Source of the DNA: Bacilli bacterium
Lineage (GTDB): Bacteria; Bacillota_I; Bacilli_A; ML615J-28; CAG-698
Direction: 5' to 3'
Assembly: GCA_017450215.1 (NCBI GenBank)
Contig: JAFSVH010000063.1
Location: forward strand, 5,603-69,602
Length of the DNA stretch: 64,000 nucleotides
Below are positions 38,734 to 49,035 of this stretch, one piece after another (positions within the stretch are counted from its first letter, which is position 1; every line of letters starts with the position of its first letter). Position numbers and translations under genes: made by a program. The notes under the pieces were generated by a model. It did not search any database. It saw nothing but the letters and a program-made list of their open reading frames with translations, and was not told the DNA's origin.

Positions 38734-40194
38734 TTATTTTTTAGAAACTTTTCTAATACTCAGTATTTCTTTAATTGTTCCGAAAATACTTTTATAAAAT
38801 ACCAAAACAACAATCAAAAAAACACCAGTTAAAACATATCTCATTATATTATTAGAATAAGTGATTAAATATAGAAAGCCAATGCCTAAAAACGAAAGAG
38901 TAACTAATAACAACACTTTAGAATTATAAGGACATTCTCCATCTAAATGTTTTTTGCAAACATATTTCATAGCAAAGAAATGGAAAAGTGCATAAAGTAT
39001 ATAGCAAAACAAGGTTGTGTATGCTGCTGCAATATAACCGAATAATTTTATAAAGATAAAATTTGTGACAATATTAATAGCGGCACCGACAAATGTAGCA
39101 GCAGCAATCAGTTTTGTCTTTTCATAATAAAACTCAAATTTTGCAAATAGATCATAACAAAATAGAAAATATACACTCATTGCTATAGGTGGAATACACC
39201 AAATAGCATCATAATATTCCTTTGGTGCGAACAACCTAACTGCCTCGGGTGCGAAAGCTATTAAAATAATATTCACACCAGCAACAATCATCAAAGTAGC
39301 ATAAGCAATTCTAGAAATATCTTTAATTTTATTATCCCTAATTTTTGTATAAATCCACGGAGTAAGAACATCAGCTAAAGCGACATTAAATAAAATCATA
39401 ATTTGTGCCAACGCGTAAGCAAGGCTATAAATTCCAGCACTACTTTTATCAACCATTCTTTCGATCATAATCCTATCAGAACTATTTAGAATTGTTTGTG
39501 ACAAATAATGAGGTAAAAGTGGAATATTAAATAAAAGGGCATGCTTCCAAAATTTTTTAGAAAATAACTTTTTTCCCTTTATTATATGAATTATAAACAT
39601 CCAAGAAAAACCAACAAGTTGAGCAATAACCAAACCAAGAATACGTGCGGTGACCTTATCATCTGAATGGATAATGAAAAATATACTTATTAATGGTTGA
39701 AAAATCGCAAAAAGAAGCGTTACAATAACCAGCGTTCGATATTTATATTCAACTCGTTGCTCTCCAGCCCATAAATTAAACACAACATTTGTCCAAATCA
39801 AGATAAGCATAGCAAACATTTGTACTGTCGTTAAAGAAAACAAATCATTCCAAAATGAACTAGAGCAAATATAGACAATTGTCCAGCCAAAACATAAAAC
39901 AAACGTTAGTCCTTGAATAGACGAAATAAAAACCTTTCTTTCAAATTCAAACTTTACAAGGCCTCTTTGGTAAACGCCACCAAATAAGTTTAGTGTAACA
40001 ATAATGCTAACTATACTCATCCACGAATTAAACACGTTAAAACTTCCATACTCATCAGTTGATAAAAGTCGAGTAAAAATTGGAGTAGTGATCAATGCCA
40101 CACCCCTTTGAAGAAATGAGCACATCAAGAACCAAAATGAAGCTTTTACTTGAACAGAAAGAGAAGAATACCATTGTTTAATTCTACTTATCAT
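38734..40194 (-). CDS. wzx: Polysaccharide flippase
   Basis: About 12 TM; ITTPIFTRLLSTDEYG, SSDRIMI, AGIYSLAY, GYIAAAYTT. Confidence 0.88.
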   Translation of the reverse strand: MISRIKQWYSSLSVQVKASFWFLMCSFLQRGVALITTPIFTRLLSTDEYGSFNVFNSWMSIVSIIVTLNLFGGVYQRGLVKFEFERKVFISSIQGLTFVLCFGWTIVYICSSSFWNDLFSLTTVQMFAMLILIWTNVVFNLWAGEQRVEYKYRTLVIVTLLFAIFQPLISIFFIIHSDDKVTARILGLVIAQLVGFSWMFIIHIIKGKKLFSKKFWKHALLFNIPLLPHYLSQTILNSSDRIMIERMVDKSSAGIYSLAYALAQIMILFNVALADVLTPWIYTKIRDNKIKDISRIAYATLMIVAGVNIILIAFAPEAVRLFAPKEYYDAIWCIPPIAMSVYFLFCYDLFAKFEFYYEKTKLIAAATFVGAAINIVTNFIFIKLFGYIAAAYTTLFCYILYALFHFFAMKYVCKKHLDGECPYNSKVLLLVTLSFLGIGFLYLITYSNNIMRYVLTGVFLIVVLVFYKSIFGTIKEILSIRKVSKK

Positions 40195-40271
40195 TATTAA
40201 ATGTAGACCTCTCTTTTACAAAATAAACATATTCATTTTCAAACGAATATACAAAAACGGACACATAAGTC

Positions 40272-41462
40272 TCATAAATCATACTTTTCTTTCATATAGT
40301 TATATAATCTATCACCACTTTTAAAATCAACATAATGATTAAAAGTGTATTTTGCTTCCTTTTGTTCATCAGATACATATCCTGAATCTACTTGATCTAT
40401 AAACTTTAAAAAGTCCTCAACTTTATATATGTATGTTCCTTTAATATTTCCTTCAAAAGTTGTATCTTTATAATTGTCAAAAGAAAATCCAGTTTTATTA
40501 CGATATACAACGATATCATCGCAAGTTAGGCCAATAGGTTTATCGGTCAATAAATAGTCAAAATATACTGATGAGTAATCTGAAAGCATTCCATCCGTTT
40601 CACCCAAAATATCATACAATTGGACATTCTTTTGAGCCATCTCAGGACTAGTAATAACTTTAATATTACTTAAGTCATCAACATTAAAACAACTCATATC
40701 TTGCGAAGGATGAGGTTTAATAATAATAATAACTTTTTTCTCTTTTAAGTGATTATTAACAACTTTCATATCTTCTGGAGTTTTAATTATCGGTAGTCCG
40801 TAAAAAGAACCATCGAATGCAATAGCATTCATACTAGTATGATCTTTACGTTGTCTAAAAGTAGGTAACCAAATAATTATTTTTTCATCAGGTCTAGCAT
40901 AACCATTACTTCTTAAAAAGCCAACATTTGATTTTAATTGATCATTCCTAACTAATCCAAAAGTGGTGAATTTAGCAGGATCAAGTCCATATTCCATGAA
41001 AAAAGGAGCAAACCAATCACTTTGAATTTCAATCCCATCATAACCTTTAAAAGGATCAAAATATGTATCAATGCGTTTTATTGGTGTACCATGATGCAAA
41101 TACATTCGAACTTGTTTTTTTCGCCTTTTATTAACAAAAACACATCCATCAAAGATAAATTTAACCGTGAAAATTACATAGTATTTCTTTATGAATTCAA
41201 TTGGATTTTTAGGATCTAAATAAATCAATTTAATGTTCCAGCCATTTGGAGCCTTTGTTATGGTGTGATCTTTTACAATCCAATATAATTTATATTTATT
41301 TTCAATCCCCTTTTTTTCAAGATAATTGCACCACCAGTACACATTATCTGTAAAATCAGGAAATGATTCAAATAAAATTGCATTTCTTAATGGAAATATT
41401 CTAAATATATTAACTAAAATATTTCTAAAAAATCTTAAAATATTTTTAATTATTTTTTTCAT
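40272..41462 (-). CDS. CDP-glycerol glycerophosphotransferase family protein (TagF-like)
   Basis: ILFES, HHGTPIK, RND, WLPTFR, KPHP, SDYSSVYFDYLLTDKPI. Confidence 0.88.
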   Translation of the reverse strand: MKKIIKNILRFFRNILVNIFRIFPLRNAILFESFPDFTDNVYWWCNYLEKKGIENKYKLYWIVKDHTITKAPNGWNIKLIYLDPKNPIEFIKKYYVIFTVKFIFDGCVFVNKRRKKQVRMYLHHGTPIKRIDTYFDPFKGYDGIEIQSDWFAPFFMEYGLDPAKFTTFGLVRNDQLKSNVGFLRSNGYARPDEKIIIWLPTFRQRKDHTSMNAIAFDGSFYGLPIIKTPEDMKVVNNHLKEKKVIIIIKPHPSQDMSCFNVDDLSNIKVITSPEMAQKNVQLYDILGETDGMLSDYSSVYFDYLLTDKPIGLTCDDIVVYRNKTGFSFDNYKDTTFEGNIKGTYIYKVEDFLKFIDQVDSGYVSDEQKEAKYTFNHYVDFKSGDRLYNYMKEKYDL

Positions 41463-42841
41463 CAGTATTGTTCTCCTAAAATATAATTTTTATTGAGAGG
41501 TAAAGATAATATTCTGTTTAGTATAAAACAAAAAATCACAGGCGAAAGAAGCTTTATTGCCTCATAGTTACCTCCCATAATGAAACTAATTACAGTTACA
41601 TGTAGTGCAAACAAACAAATAAAAGCATTTACTTTTATAAATTGATTGCATTTATGTATTCTAATTAGTTTTAAATAACCCATAGCTTTTTTTGAGAAAA
41701 GTCCATTTAATAATGAAATGTATATAATAATAAAAAACCACCCTATTGGTCCATAAAATAACGCAGAAATAAAGGCTGGAGCAGCAGAACCAGTTTGGTC
41801 ATTTGTGGGATAACCCTGAATAAAAAAAGTATAAAATTGATTAGCCCTAAAACCAGTCGAATGATTCCTTTGCTCATTTATCATAACACCAAAAAAATTT
41901 TTATAATCCAACTTTACAATATTGTTTTGTAAATACTTAAGAATTGTAGTCCCATCGAACAATCCAGTCATACGTCGAATTATTAAATATAAAACATTAC
42001 TGCTAGCATCAACGCCTTCTCCAAACTTAATTTTAGAAATCAATTGAAAAGAAGCAAGAAACACAAATACAAGCAATAATAAAACAAAAATATGTTTTTT
42101 AAAATAATTTATTACACCATTTTTATTGACTAAAAAAACAAAAATAAACGAATAAACAAAAGCAAGAAAAAAATCAGTTCTCATTCCAACAAGAATATGT
42201 GGCAACCCATATAAAACAACAGCAATAAAAATTCTAAATAAATCACGAAAATGAATTTCTTTATTCTGATTTACACTTAAAGAAACAATTTGAGCTAGAA
42301 AAAACAAAGAAAGCCCTCGAACTGCATAATCTATAACACCATTTGCATTAAGACGCATTTCTACAATATGGAGTAAGCACGAAAGTGTTAACCATAAAAA
42401 TGGAAACGGAATAACCAATTGATTGTATTTATAACCATAATCAAATAAAACAAATCGCTTATGGCGTTCAACTAATCTACATACTAAAAATACGATAGCC
42501 AAACATATAGTTCCCAAAAGAAAATATTGAATCATCAAATCATTATCAAAAAATAAGGTTTCATCATAGAGCTTATTAAATCTTGTCGCAACAAGCCAAG
42601 ATGGCAAAAATAATGAGATAAGCATTTGAAAAGGCATAATAACGATGTAATAAATCAAAACAAACGAAATGCCAATAGAAAACTTCTTTTGCAATCTATA
42701 AATGCAAAATAATGAAATTAGGCTAGATATTAAAAATAAATACCCATTTACGCTTTTATAGTTTTCAAAAATGCACGCAATAAATAAAGCAAAAACAATA
42801 ATAATTAAAACAAAAAATAATATTAGTTTATTCTTTTTCAT
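41462..42841 (-). CDS. Probable polysaccharide polymerase (Wzy)
   Basis: Multi-TM protein with GMR motif and a large loop, located among glycosyltransferases; assignment by context. Confidence 0.6.
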   Translation of the reverse strand: MKKNKLILFFVLIIIVFALFIACIFENYKSVNGYLFLISSLISLFCIYRLQKKFSIGISFVLIYYIVIMPFQMLISLFLPSWLVATRFNKLYDETLFFDNDLMIQYFLLGTICLAIVFLVCRLVERHKRFVLFDYGYKYNQLVIPFPFLWLTLSCLLHIVEMRLNANGVIDYAVRGLSLFFLAQIVSLSVNQNKEIHFRDLFRIFIAVVLYGLPHILVGMRTDFFLAFVYSFIFVFLVNKNGVINYFKKHIFVLLLLVFVFLASFQLISKIKFGEGVDASSNVLYLIIRRMTGLFDGTTILKYLQNNIVKLDYKNFFGVMINEQRNHSTGFRANQFYTFFIQGYPTNDQTGSAAPAFISALFYGPIGWFFIIIYISLLNGLFSKKAMGYLKLIRIHKCNQFIKVNAFICLFALHVTVISFIMGGNYEAIKLLSPVIFCFILNRILSLPLNKNYILGEQY

Positions 42842-42853
42842 CGTTTCTCCAAT

Positions 42854-43957
42854 TCAATCATTTTCGATAGGCTTCCTGTTTAGTAATTCAACAAACTCTC
42901 GAGTGATTTCTTCATCATCATAATCTTTAATAAAGTTCATAAACTGAGTTTGATGGTCATTAAGAATATTATCTTTAGAACTTATCAACTCAAAAAAATC
43001 ATTTAATTCATCAAACATTGTAAAAATATCACTATATTTTTTAGCATAATATTCTAATGTATTACCGCTTTTTAATATAATTCTTTTATTATTGGCAGCA
43101 GCATCAAAAATAACACCACTTGTTCTATAATTATAATTATTATCATATGGAATTAAAATTGCATTTGACTTATAAAAATAATGTAAATATTCATCAGTCA
43201 ATAATCTTTTACTATATATCAATAAATTATCATCCTCATAATCAAACAGGCTTTTATAAATTATTTTAATATTCTTAGGTATAAGCGATGAACTTTCAGA
43301 CAATTTTTTCGCAAAGTAAAGTGAATTACTAGAACTTGGTGCAAATATTAGATATTTATCTGAAACTTTCTCTATTTCATTTTCATTTAAACTTATGTTT
43401 TGAGAAATTGGATGTTTTAATAAATACACTGGGTTTTTTACTTTTAAATCTCGCCTTAAAAATTGATAAAAATATTCTTCAAGCAAACAAACATTTATTC
43501 TTTCATTTAAATGCTTCCAGAAAAACCTAACATACTTTCTTTCTATAGCTAAGTAAAGACCATGATCTATTAAAAAAATATTTTTAGTTTTCTTGAATTT
43601 TGTTAAAAAAGAAAAAAGTGGTAAATCGATACAAGAAAAAATAATCATATCATAGTTATTCTTTTTAAAAACATTAAAGGCAAACAAAATATTATGTCTT
43701 AATGCAAACATTGTACGCACAAAAAAACCAATTCTACTTTTGTGAGGAATATTATCCCAACAATACTTTTCATCCCAATATATTTGCTTTTCCAATTTGA
43801 AACAAGAAGATTCTATATAGTTTGATTTTACATAGATTGATAATCTACAAATTTTAGATAAAATCCTAATATTATTCGTATTATAATATTTATGTGCACT
43901 ATAAGAAATAGGATCAACATAAAGAACCCTTGTTTCATTCAATTTAATGTAATTCAT
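42854..43957 (-). CDS. Putative GT-B glycosyltransferase
   Basis: ILIPYD...RTSGVIFDA...K; locus context. Confidence 0.6.
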   Translation of the reverse strand: MNYIKLNETRVLYVDPISYSAHKYYNTNNIRILSKICRLSIYVKSNYIESSCFKLEKQIYWDEKYCWDNIPHKSRIGFFVRTMFALRHNILFAFNVFKKNNYDMIIFSCIDLPLFSFLTKFKKTKNIFLIDHGLYLAIERKYVRFFWKHLNERINVCLLEEYFYQFLRRDLKVKNPVYLLKHPISQNISLNENEIEKVSDKYLIFAPSSSNSLYFAKKLSESSSLIPKNIKIIYKSLFDYEDDNLLIYSKRLLTDEYLHYFYKSNAILIPYDNNYNYRTSGVIFDAAANNKRIILKSGNTLEYYAKKYSDIFTMFDELNDFFELISSKDNILNDHQTQFMNFIKDYDDEEITREFVELLNRKPIEND

Positions 43958-43971
43958 TTTGCCTACACCCT

Positions 43972-45174
43972 CTATTTTGTAATTTGATCATACAATTTTA
44001 AATAATTTGAAAAACACGAGTTTTTATCGTATTTACGAGCTTCTTTCACACATTCTTCTTTGCTAATATTCAACGAAACACATTCATATATTTTATCAAC
44101 AAATTCTTCAGCAGTTTTTGTCTGCACAATTCGTCCAAATTTGTTTCCAGCGATTTCAACACTTCCACCTGTATTGTTTGTTACAATTGGTAAGCCACAA
44201 GCCAGTGCTTCAATATTTACAGTCGGAAAATTATCTCCAAAAGTTGGATTTATAAAAAGGTCAGCTGTAGAATACCATTTAACTAATTCTTCTAAATTAT
44301 TTGTTCGCTCAATATATATAATTGATTTTGGTCGATTTTTCCTTGAACTCTTGCCAACCATTACAATTTTATAATTTTCATTAAGCTTTGTTGAAATCTC
44401 ATATAATAGATGTTCGCCTTTCATTTGATTCCATACACCAGCTACTGCAAGCAAAACAATCTTGTCATCTAAATTATATTTTTCCCTAAAATTAGATTTA
44501 ACAGGATGAAAAACAGTTAAATCAATACCATTAGGAAAAACAAAAATTGGATAATCTTTTAAGAAGGAATTAGCGATTATATTTTTCAACCATTTTGATG
44601 GACATACTAATACCATATTAGGTATACCAGTGAATACTTCTCTTTTCTCAACCCAATTCCTCTTACTTAAATCAAAGAAATAAGATTCAGGATACTCTTT
44701 TTTCAACTTGCAATCATAACATCCTGCAACCCATTTTTCACAATTAATTCTTTCAAAATTAATACAATGTCCAGTAACTGGCCAACAATCATGAATAGTC
44801 CAAATAACTGGTTTATTATATTTTTTTAAAAATGAAAATAACACTTCAATATTAATATAATAGCCAAGCAAATTATGTAAATGAATAATGTCAGGATTAT
44901 TTGCACTAATCATTTTTATTAATTTTTTAGTCGCTAAAGTAGAACCAAAACCAGCTCTATCAAAAAATCGAGTAAACAAAGCATGAACATAATTATCAAA
45001 TTTACTACCTATTCTTATCGAAGAAATGTCACTTGGAATGCGATCTCTACCATAGGCTATCACGGACTCGTCACCATTATTGATTATACAATAGTGCAAG
45101 TCTTTTACCACTCCGCCAGGACCTCCACGTCCCCAATTTGAACTAATTTGCAATATTTTCATCTTTTTCCTCAA
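43972..45174 (-). CDS. GT4 glycosyltransferase (WcaC-like)
   Basis: PDIIHLHN, WTIHDCW.TGHC, PNGID, DNFPTVNIEALACG. Confidence 0.9.
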   Translation of the reverse strand: MRKKMKILQISSNWGRGGPGGVVKDLHYCIINNGDESVIAYGRDRIPSDISSIRIGSKFDNYVHALFTRFFDRAGFGSTLATKKLIKMISANNPDIIHLHNLLGYYINIEVLFSFLKKYNKPVIWTIHDCWPVTGHCINFERINCEKWVAGCYDCKLKKEYPESYFFDLSKRNWVEKREVFTGIPNMVLVCPSKWLKNIIANSFLKDYPIFVFPNGIDLTVFHPVKSNFREKYNLDDKIVLLAVAGVWNQMKGEHLLYEISTKLNENYKIVMVGKSSRKNRPKSIIYIERTNNLEELVKWYSTADLFINPTFGDNFPTVNIEALACGLPIVTNNTGGSVEIAGNKFGRIVQTKTAEEFVDKIYECVSLNISKEECVKEARKYDKNSCFSNYLKLYDQITK

Positions 45175-46387
45175 TAATTTCAGTTAAATATGTACTTCTT
45201 AAATATTTTTCAAGAGAATCGATGTGTTTATCTAAAGTGAACTTCTCTAAAAAATATTTTCTACCATTCATACCCATTTCTAAAACTTCATTTTTATCAC
45301 TAGTTATCATATTCATAAGAGCGATAAAACCAGCAATATCATCAGCAGGACATACTAATCCACACTTTGCATCCTCTATAATAGTTCTAGCAGCACCATT
45401 AATAGATGCAATAATTGGTCTGCAAGCTGCCATATATCCTGACAATTTTGTTGGAGGAGTCAATCCAGTGCAGGTCTTATTGGATAAAGCAAGAAGGCAA
45501 ACATCAGCTAAATTATAATAAGCTATTGTTTCCTCTATTGTTTTACGCCCATGAAAAAAAACATGATTTTCCAAACCCAAAGATAATGTCAATTCCTTTA
45601 ACGCATCAAGATATGATCCATCTCCAACAAAATGAAGAATTGCGTTAGATTTATCAATACTCGCAAAGGCACGAATCATTAAATCGCAATTTTGTGCCTT
45701 CCCAATATTACCAAGAAACATAAAATCAATTATACCATTATCAATTGGCATTTTATTTACGGTTAAATATGTATTTTCAGCATGCTCGTACAAAGTTACC
45801 ATTTTATTAGTACTAATGTTTAATGTTTCAATTAAATAATCACCAAATTCATCACATTTATTTAATATTAAATCAAAATTACTATATACATATTTAGATA
45901 TTATTTTTGAAATTACATAAATAAGATTTGCTTTAGACATTGTCTTCCCACCACGAGAATCTCTAACGCTGTCTGGCCAAATATCCAAATTATATATTAC
46001 TTTTTTGATATTATACTTTTTTCCATATTTAATGGCAGGAATACCTGAAGATATTGGAGAAAGCCCATAATAATAAATAATGTCAAAGCATGGTTTAATC
46101 TTTTTTAGTGTTTTTTTTGCTTGTCTGGCAAAGCTCAAATAATTTAATGCTAAATTAATTGCTCCATTCTTTCGAGGTCTTAAATTACATCTGTATACTT
46201 TTGCTCCAAAATAATTGGAAATTGTTTTATATGAATCTTCATAGCCTGGGTATATTTCTCCCTTAGGGTAATTTGGTAATCCAGTTACTACTGTAACATC
46301 ATGACCTCGGTTAACAAGTTCAGAAACAATATCGTTTATTCTAAATGTTTCTGGATAAAAGTATTGAGTAATAACAAGTATTTTCAC
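45143..46387 (-). CDS. GT4 glycosyltransferase (WbuB/CapL-like)
   Basis: ILVITQYFYPE, TGLPNYP, DIWPDS, GNIGKAQ, PTKLSGYMA. Confidence 0.88.
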   Translation of the reverse strand: MKILVITQYFYPETFRINDIVSELVNRGHDVTVVTGLPNYPKGEIYPGYEDSYKTISNYFGAKVYRCNLRPRKNGAINLALNYLSFARQAKKTLKKIKPCFDIIYYYGLSPISSGIPAIKYGKKYNIKKVIYNLDIWPDSVRDSRGGKTMSKANLIYVISKIISKYVYSNFDLILNKCDEFGDYLIETLNISTNKMVTLYEHAENTYLTVNKMPIDNGIIDFMFLGNIGKAQNCDLMIRAFASIDKSNAILHFVGDGSYLDALKELTLSLGLENHVFFHGRKTIEETIAYYNLADVCLLALSNKTCTGLTPPTKLSGYMAACRPIIASINGAARTIIEDAKCGLVCPADDIAGFIALMNMITSDKNEVLEMGMNGRKYFLEKFTLDKHIDSLEKYLRSTYLTEIIEEKDENIAN

Positions 46388-46389
46388 AA

Positions 46390-47559
46390 TTACTTAAACT
46401 CCTCCCAATGTTCAAATAAAACTTTAAATGGCTCAGGATCATATTCATCATAAAAGTATGTACCTTTAGCTTGTTTAAACTCTAAAAGCCATTGAGCCAA
46501 ACTGATTTTTCCACTATCTACTCTTTTACCGAAATCAATAACCTCAGACATATCAGTAAAAGGTATAAAGTTTTTCTTATCTTTTTTATCTATCTTTCCA
46601 TTAAGGGTTGATTTAACCCACAAATATGAAAGTGGCATTCCAGCAATAGATCCAGTATGATTCCATGCAGATGCCCTAAAATTAGTTTCTAAAAAATAGT
46701 AAGAACCATCTTGATCTATCAAAAATTCAACTTCAAATATTCCTTCAAATCCAATTTCCTCAAACATTTTTTGAAGTTTTTCTCCCATATCTTTATTCTC
46801 AAAAGGAATTACATCGTGATATGGAGAATAGTAACCTTCGATAAGATATTTCCAAGTTAATGATGTTACTATCATCATTTCTTTTCCTTGATTTATACAA
46901 AATCCCTCTAAAGCGTATTCATTTTTTTTATTAACAAAACGTTGTATTAAAACCTGTGGACTTGTAATTACTTCATATGCTTTTTTTAATTCTTCTTCAT
47001 TATTACAAATAAAAACATCTGATTTCCAAGACCCAGAATTAGGTGAAATATCTTTTGTAATTATTGGATAAACTAAATTCACAGGAATCTCACCTTTATT
47101 CACGACATATGAGTCAAGGACATTAAACCCATATTTTTTAGCAATATCCAATATTTTCTTTTTATCCATAAATTCATTAATTCTACCTGTTTTTCCAGCA
47201 TTGTAACAAATGAATTTATCTTTAATTTCATCATAATGAAGATCAAAATATCCAACTGATTTGTCATCTGAAAACAAAACGATTGGTCTATGTTCATAAT
47301 CAAAATGACCATATTCCTTCAATAATAATCTATAACCCTCTTCAACAGAATTAGCACGGTATAATTTCGAAATATATTTACTATATGTTGCAACTTCTTG
47401 TCTTCGTTTAATAGAAAAATATACTGGATAAATTCCATTTTCACCTAAACTTCTTATCAATCCAAGTGGGTTATAATGCTCTAAAGCGAAAACTATAACA
47501 AGGTGATCATTATAATTATTAATCATTTTTGTCGCCCTTTCCTTCTTCCTTATATACAT
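46390..47559 (-). CDS. ATP-grasp-fold ligase-like protein
   Basis: GLIRSLG, MDK, YPIITK, LIQRFV, FEGIFEVEF...YFLETNFR; likely start near 47526. Confidence 0.7.
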   Translation of the reverse strand: MYIRKKERATKMINNYNDHLVIVFALEHYNPLGLIRSLGENGIYPVYFSIKRRQEVATYSKYISKLYRANSVEEGYRLLLKEYGHFDYEHRPIVLFSDDKSVGYFDLHYDEIKDKFICYNAGKTGRINEFMDKKKILDIAKKYGFNVLDSYVVNKGEIPVNLVYPIITKDISPNSGSWKSDVFICNNEEELKKAYEVITSPQVLIQRFVNKKNEYALEGFCINQGKEMMIVTSLTWKYLIEGYYSPYHDVIPFENKDMGEKLQKMFEEIGFEGIFEVEFLIDQDGSYYFLETNFRASAWNHTGSIAGMPLSYLWVKSTLNGKIDKKDKKNFIPFTDMSEVIDFGKRVDSGKISLAQWLLEFKQAKGTYFYDEYDPEPFKVLFEHWEEFK

Positions 47560-48142
47560 TTTTACCTGTAATAACTGTTTTTACGATTCCAAAAAAAGTT
47601 TTAAAATCAATACTAAATTTCACATTTTGTGCATATTCTGAATCCATTTTAAATTGAATATCTCTGGATGCAGTTGCACGATAATCCAAATCAACTGTGC
47701 AAAACATTCCAGGACGAACATCGAATCTAGATTCATATTCATCTTTAGCATATTCATTATATTCCCAATCAAGTATTGGTCTTGGGCCAATAATAGCCAT
47801 TTGTCCTAATAATATATTTATCAACTGAGGAAATTCATCAATACTTGTTTTTCTTAAAAACTTTCCAACTTTTGTAATTCTACTATCATTTTCACTGCTA
47901 GCTATTCCACCTTTTTCATAAGCATGGTTGCACATAGTTCGAAACTTGAATATTGTAAATATCTTTTTATTTTTCCCTATTCTTTTTTGTTTAAATATAG
48001 CAGGTCCCTTACTATCACATTTTATAATAATTCCTATAGCAATCATAGGTAGTAGCAAAATAGACAAAGCAATAAAAGAAAGTACAAAATCTATTAGTCT
48101 TTTAAAAAAATGTTTATACATTAGTTCCTCACAAATACACAT
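47519..48142 (-). CDS. Priming phosphoglycosyl transferase (bacterial sugar transferase family)
   Basis: KRLID, GPAIFKQKRIG, KFRTM, RITKVGKFLRKTSIDEFPQL, IGPRP; likely start 48121. Confidence 0.93.
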   Translation of the reverse strand: MCICEELMYKHFFKRLIDFVLSFIALSILLLPMIAIGIIIKCDSKGPAIFKQKRIGKNKKIFTIFKFRTMCNHAYEKGGIASSENDSRITKVGKFLRKTSIDEFPQLINILLGQMAIIGPRPILDWEYNEYAKDEYESRFDVRPGMFCTVDLDYRATASRDIQFKMDSEYAQNVKFSIDFKTFFGIVKTVITGKNVYKEEGKGDKND

Positions 48143-48825
48143 TCAAAAGCTTCAGCATAATTACATCCTGATTGACCACCTCTATATGCAGCTAATCCTT
48201 CAATTACTTCTTTGCTTCTTGGATGTGGATAAGGTCTCATAACACCTTTGTATTTATTTAAAGCATCAATCTTAACATTCAATCCATCTTTACGAATCTC
48301 AACAAAATAATTAGCATTGAATTTATTTGATGCAGGTTCGAAACTCCACTCTGTTGAAGACATAATTTCCATAAATAACACAAGTTTTAATGCAGGAACG
48401 CCTGGTTTTCTTTGTGCTATTCTTGATGCTGCTTGAGCAGCATAAGATGTTTGAACATGATCATTATTAGTATCACTAGGATGATGCGTAATAATTGCTT
48501 CAGCACCAAAATCTTCAATACAGCCCTCAATAAACTTAACTAAATCTAGATGAGGAACTGTATTCATCTTAATGTTTGGAAAATTAGCAGCATAAGATTT
48601 GCTAACACCCATTATTTTAAATGCTTCTTCTTGATCACTAGCTAAAGTATCTGAAATATTGGCACGTGCAGCAGCATGATTTGCCATAGTTGCTACAGCA
48701 ACCTCATCACCTTGATCAACTAATTTACGAATTGTTGCGCCAGCGCCTAACACTTCATCATCAGGATGAGCAACTACTATTAAATATTTCATAATTTGAT
48801 TCTCCCTCTTTCTAAAACCATACAA
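48121..48825 (-). CDS. PIG-L/LmbE-family N-acetylsugar deacetylase
   Basis: AHPDDEVLG, THHPSD.NNDH, YPHPRS, AEAF; likely start 48792. Confidence 0.9.
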   Translation of the reverse strand: MYGFRKRENQIMKYLIVVAHPDDEVLGAGATIRKLVDQGDEVAVATMANHAAARANISDTLASDQEEAFKIMGVSKSYAANFPNIKMNTVPHLDLVKFIEGCIEDFGAEAIITHHPSDTNNDHVQTSYAAQAASRIAQRKPGVPALKLVLFMEIMSSTEWSFEPASNKFNANYFVEIRKDGLNVKIDALNKYKGVMRPYPHPRSKEVIEGLAAYRGGQSGCNYAEAFECVFVRN

Positions 48826-48941
48826 ATATTTAATTTAAGATTATATACTAATGAATTTTAAAATCATATAACGATTATAGCCTATAATAACACATATTAT
48901 ATTATAATATAAAAATCCAAAGATTGCCAACTTATAAAAAG

Positions 48942-48985
48942 AAAAGAGATTTATTTGTCTTAATATTACATACAAATAAATCTCT
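48942..48985 (-). terminator. Intrinsic terminator separating the glycosidase gene from the polysaccharide operon
   Basis: AGAGATTTATTTGT/ACAAATAAATCTCT 14-bp stem. Confidence 0.7.
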
Positions 48986-49035
48986 ATTTTCTTATTTTGC
49001 TAATTATATTAAATGATTATTGCCTATTTTATTAT

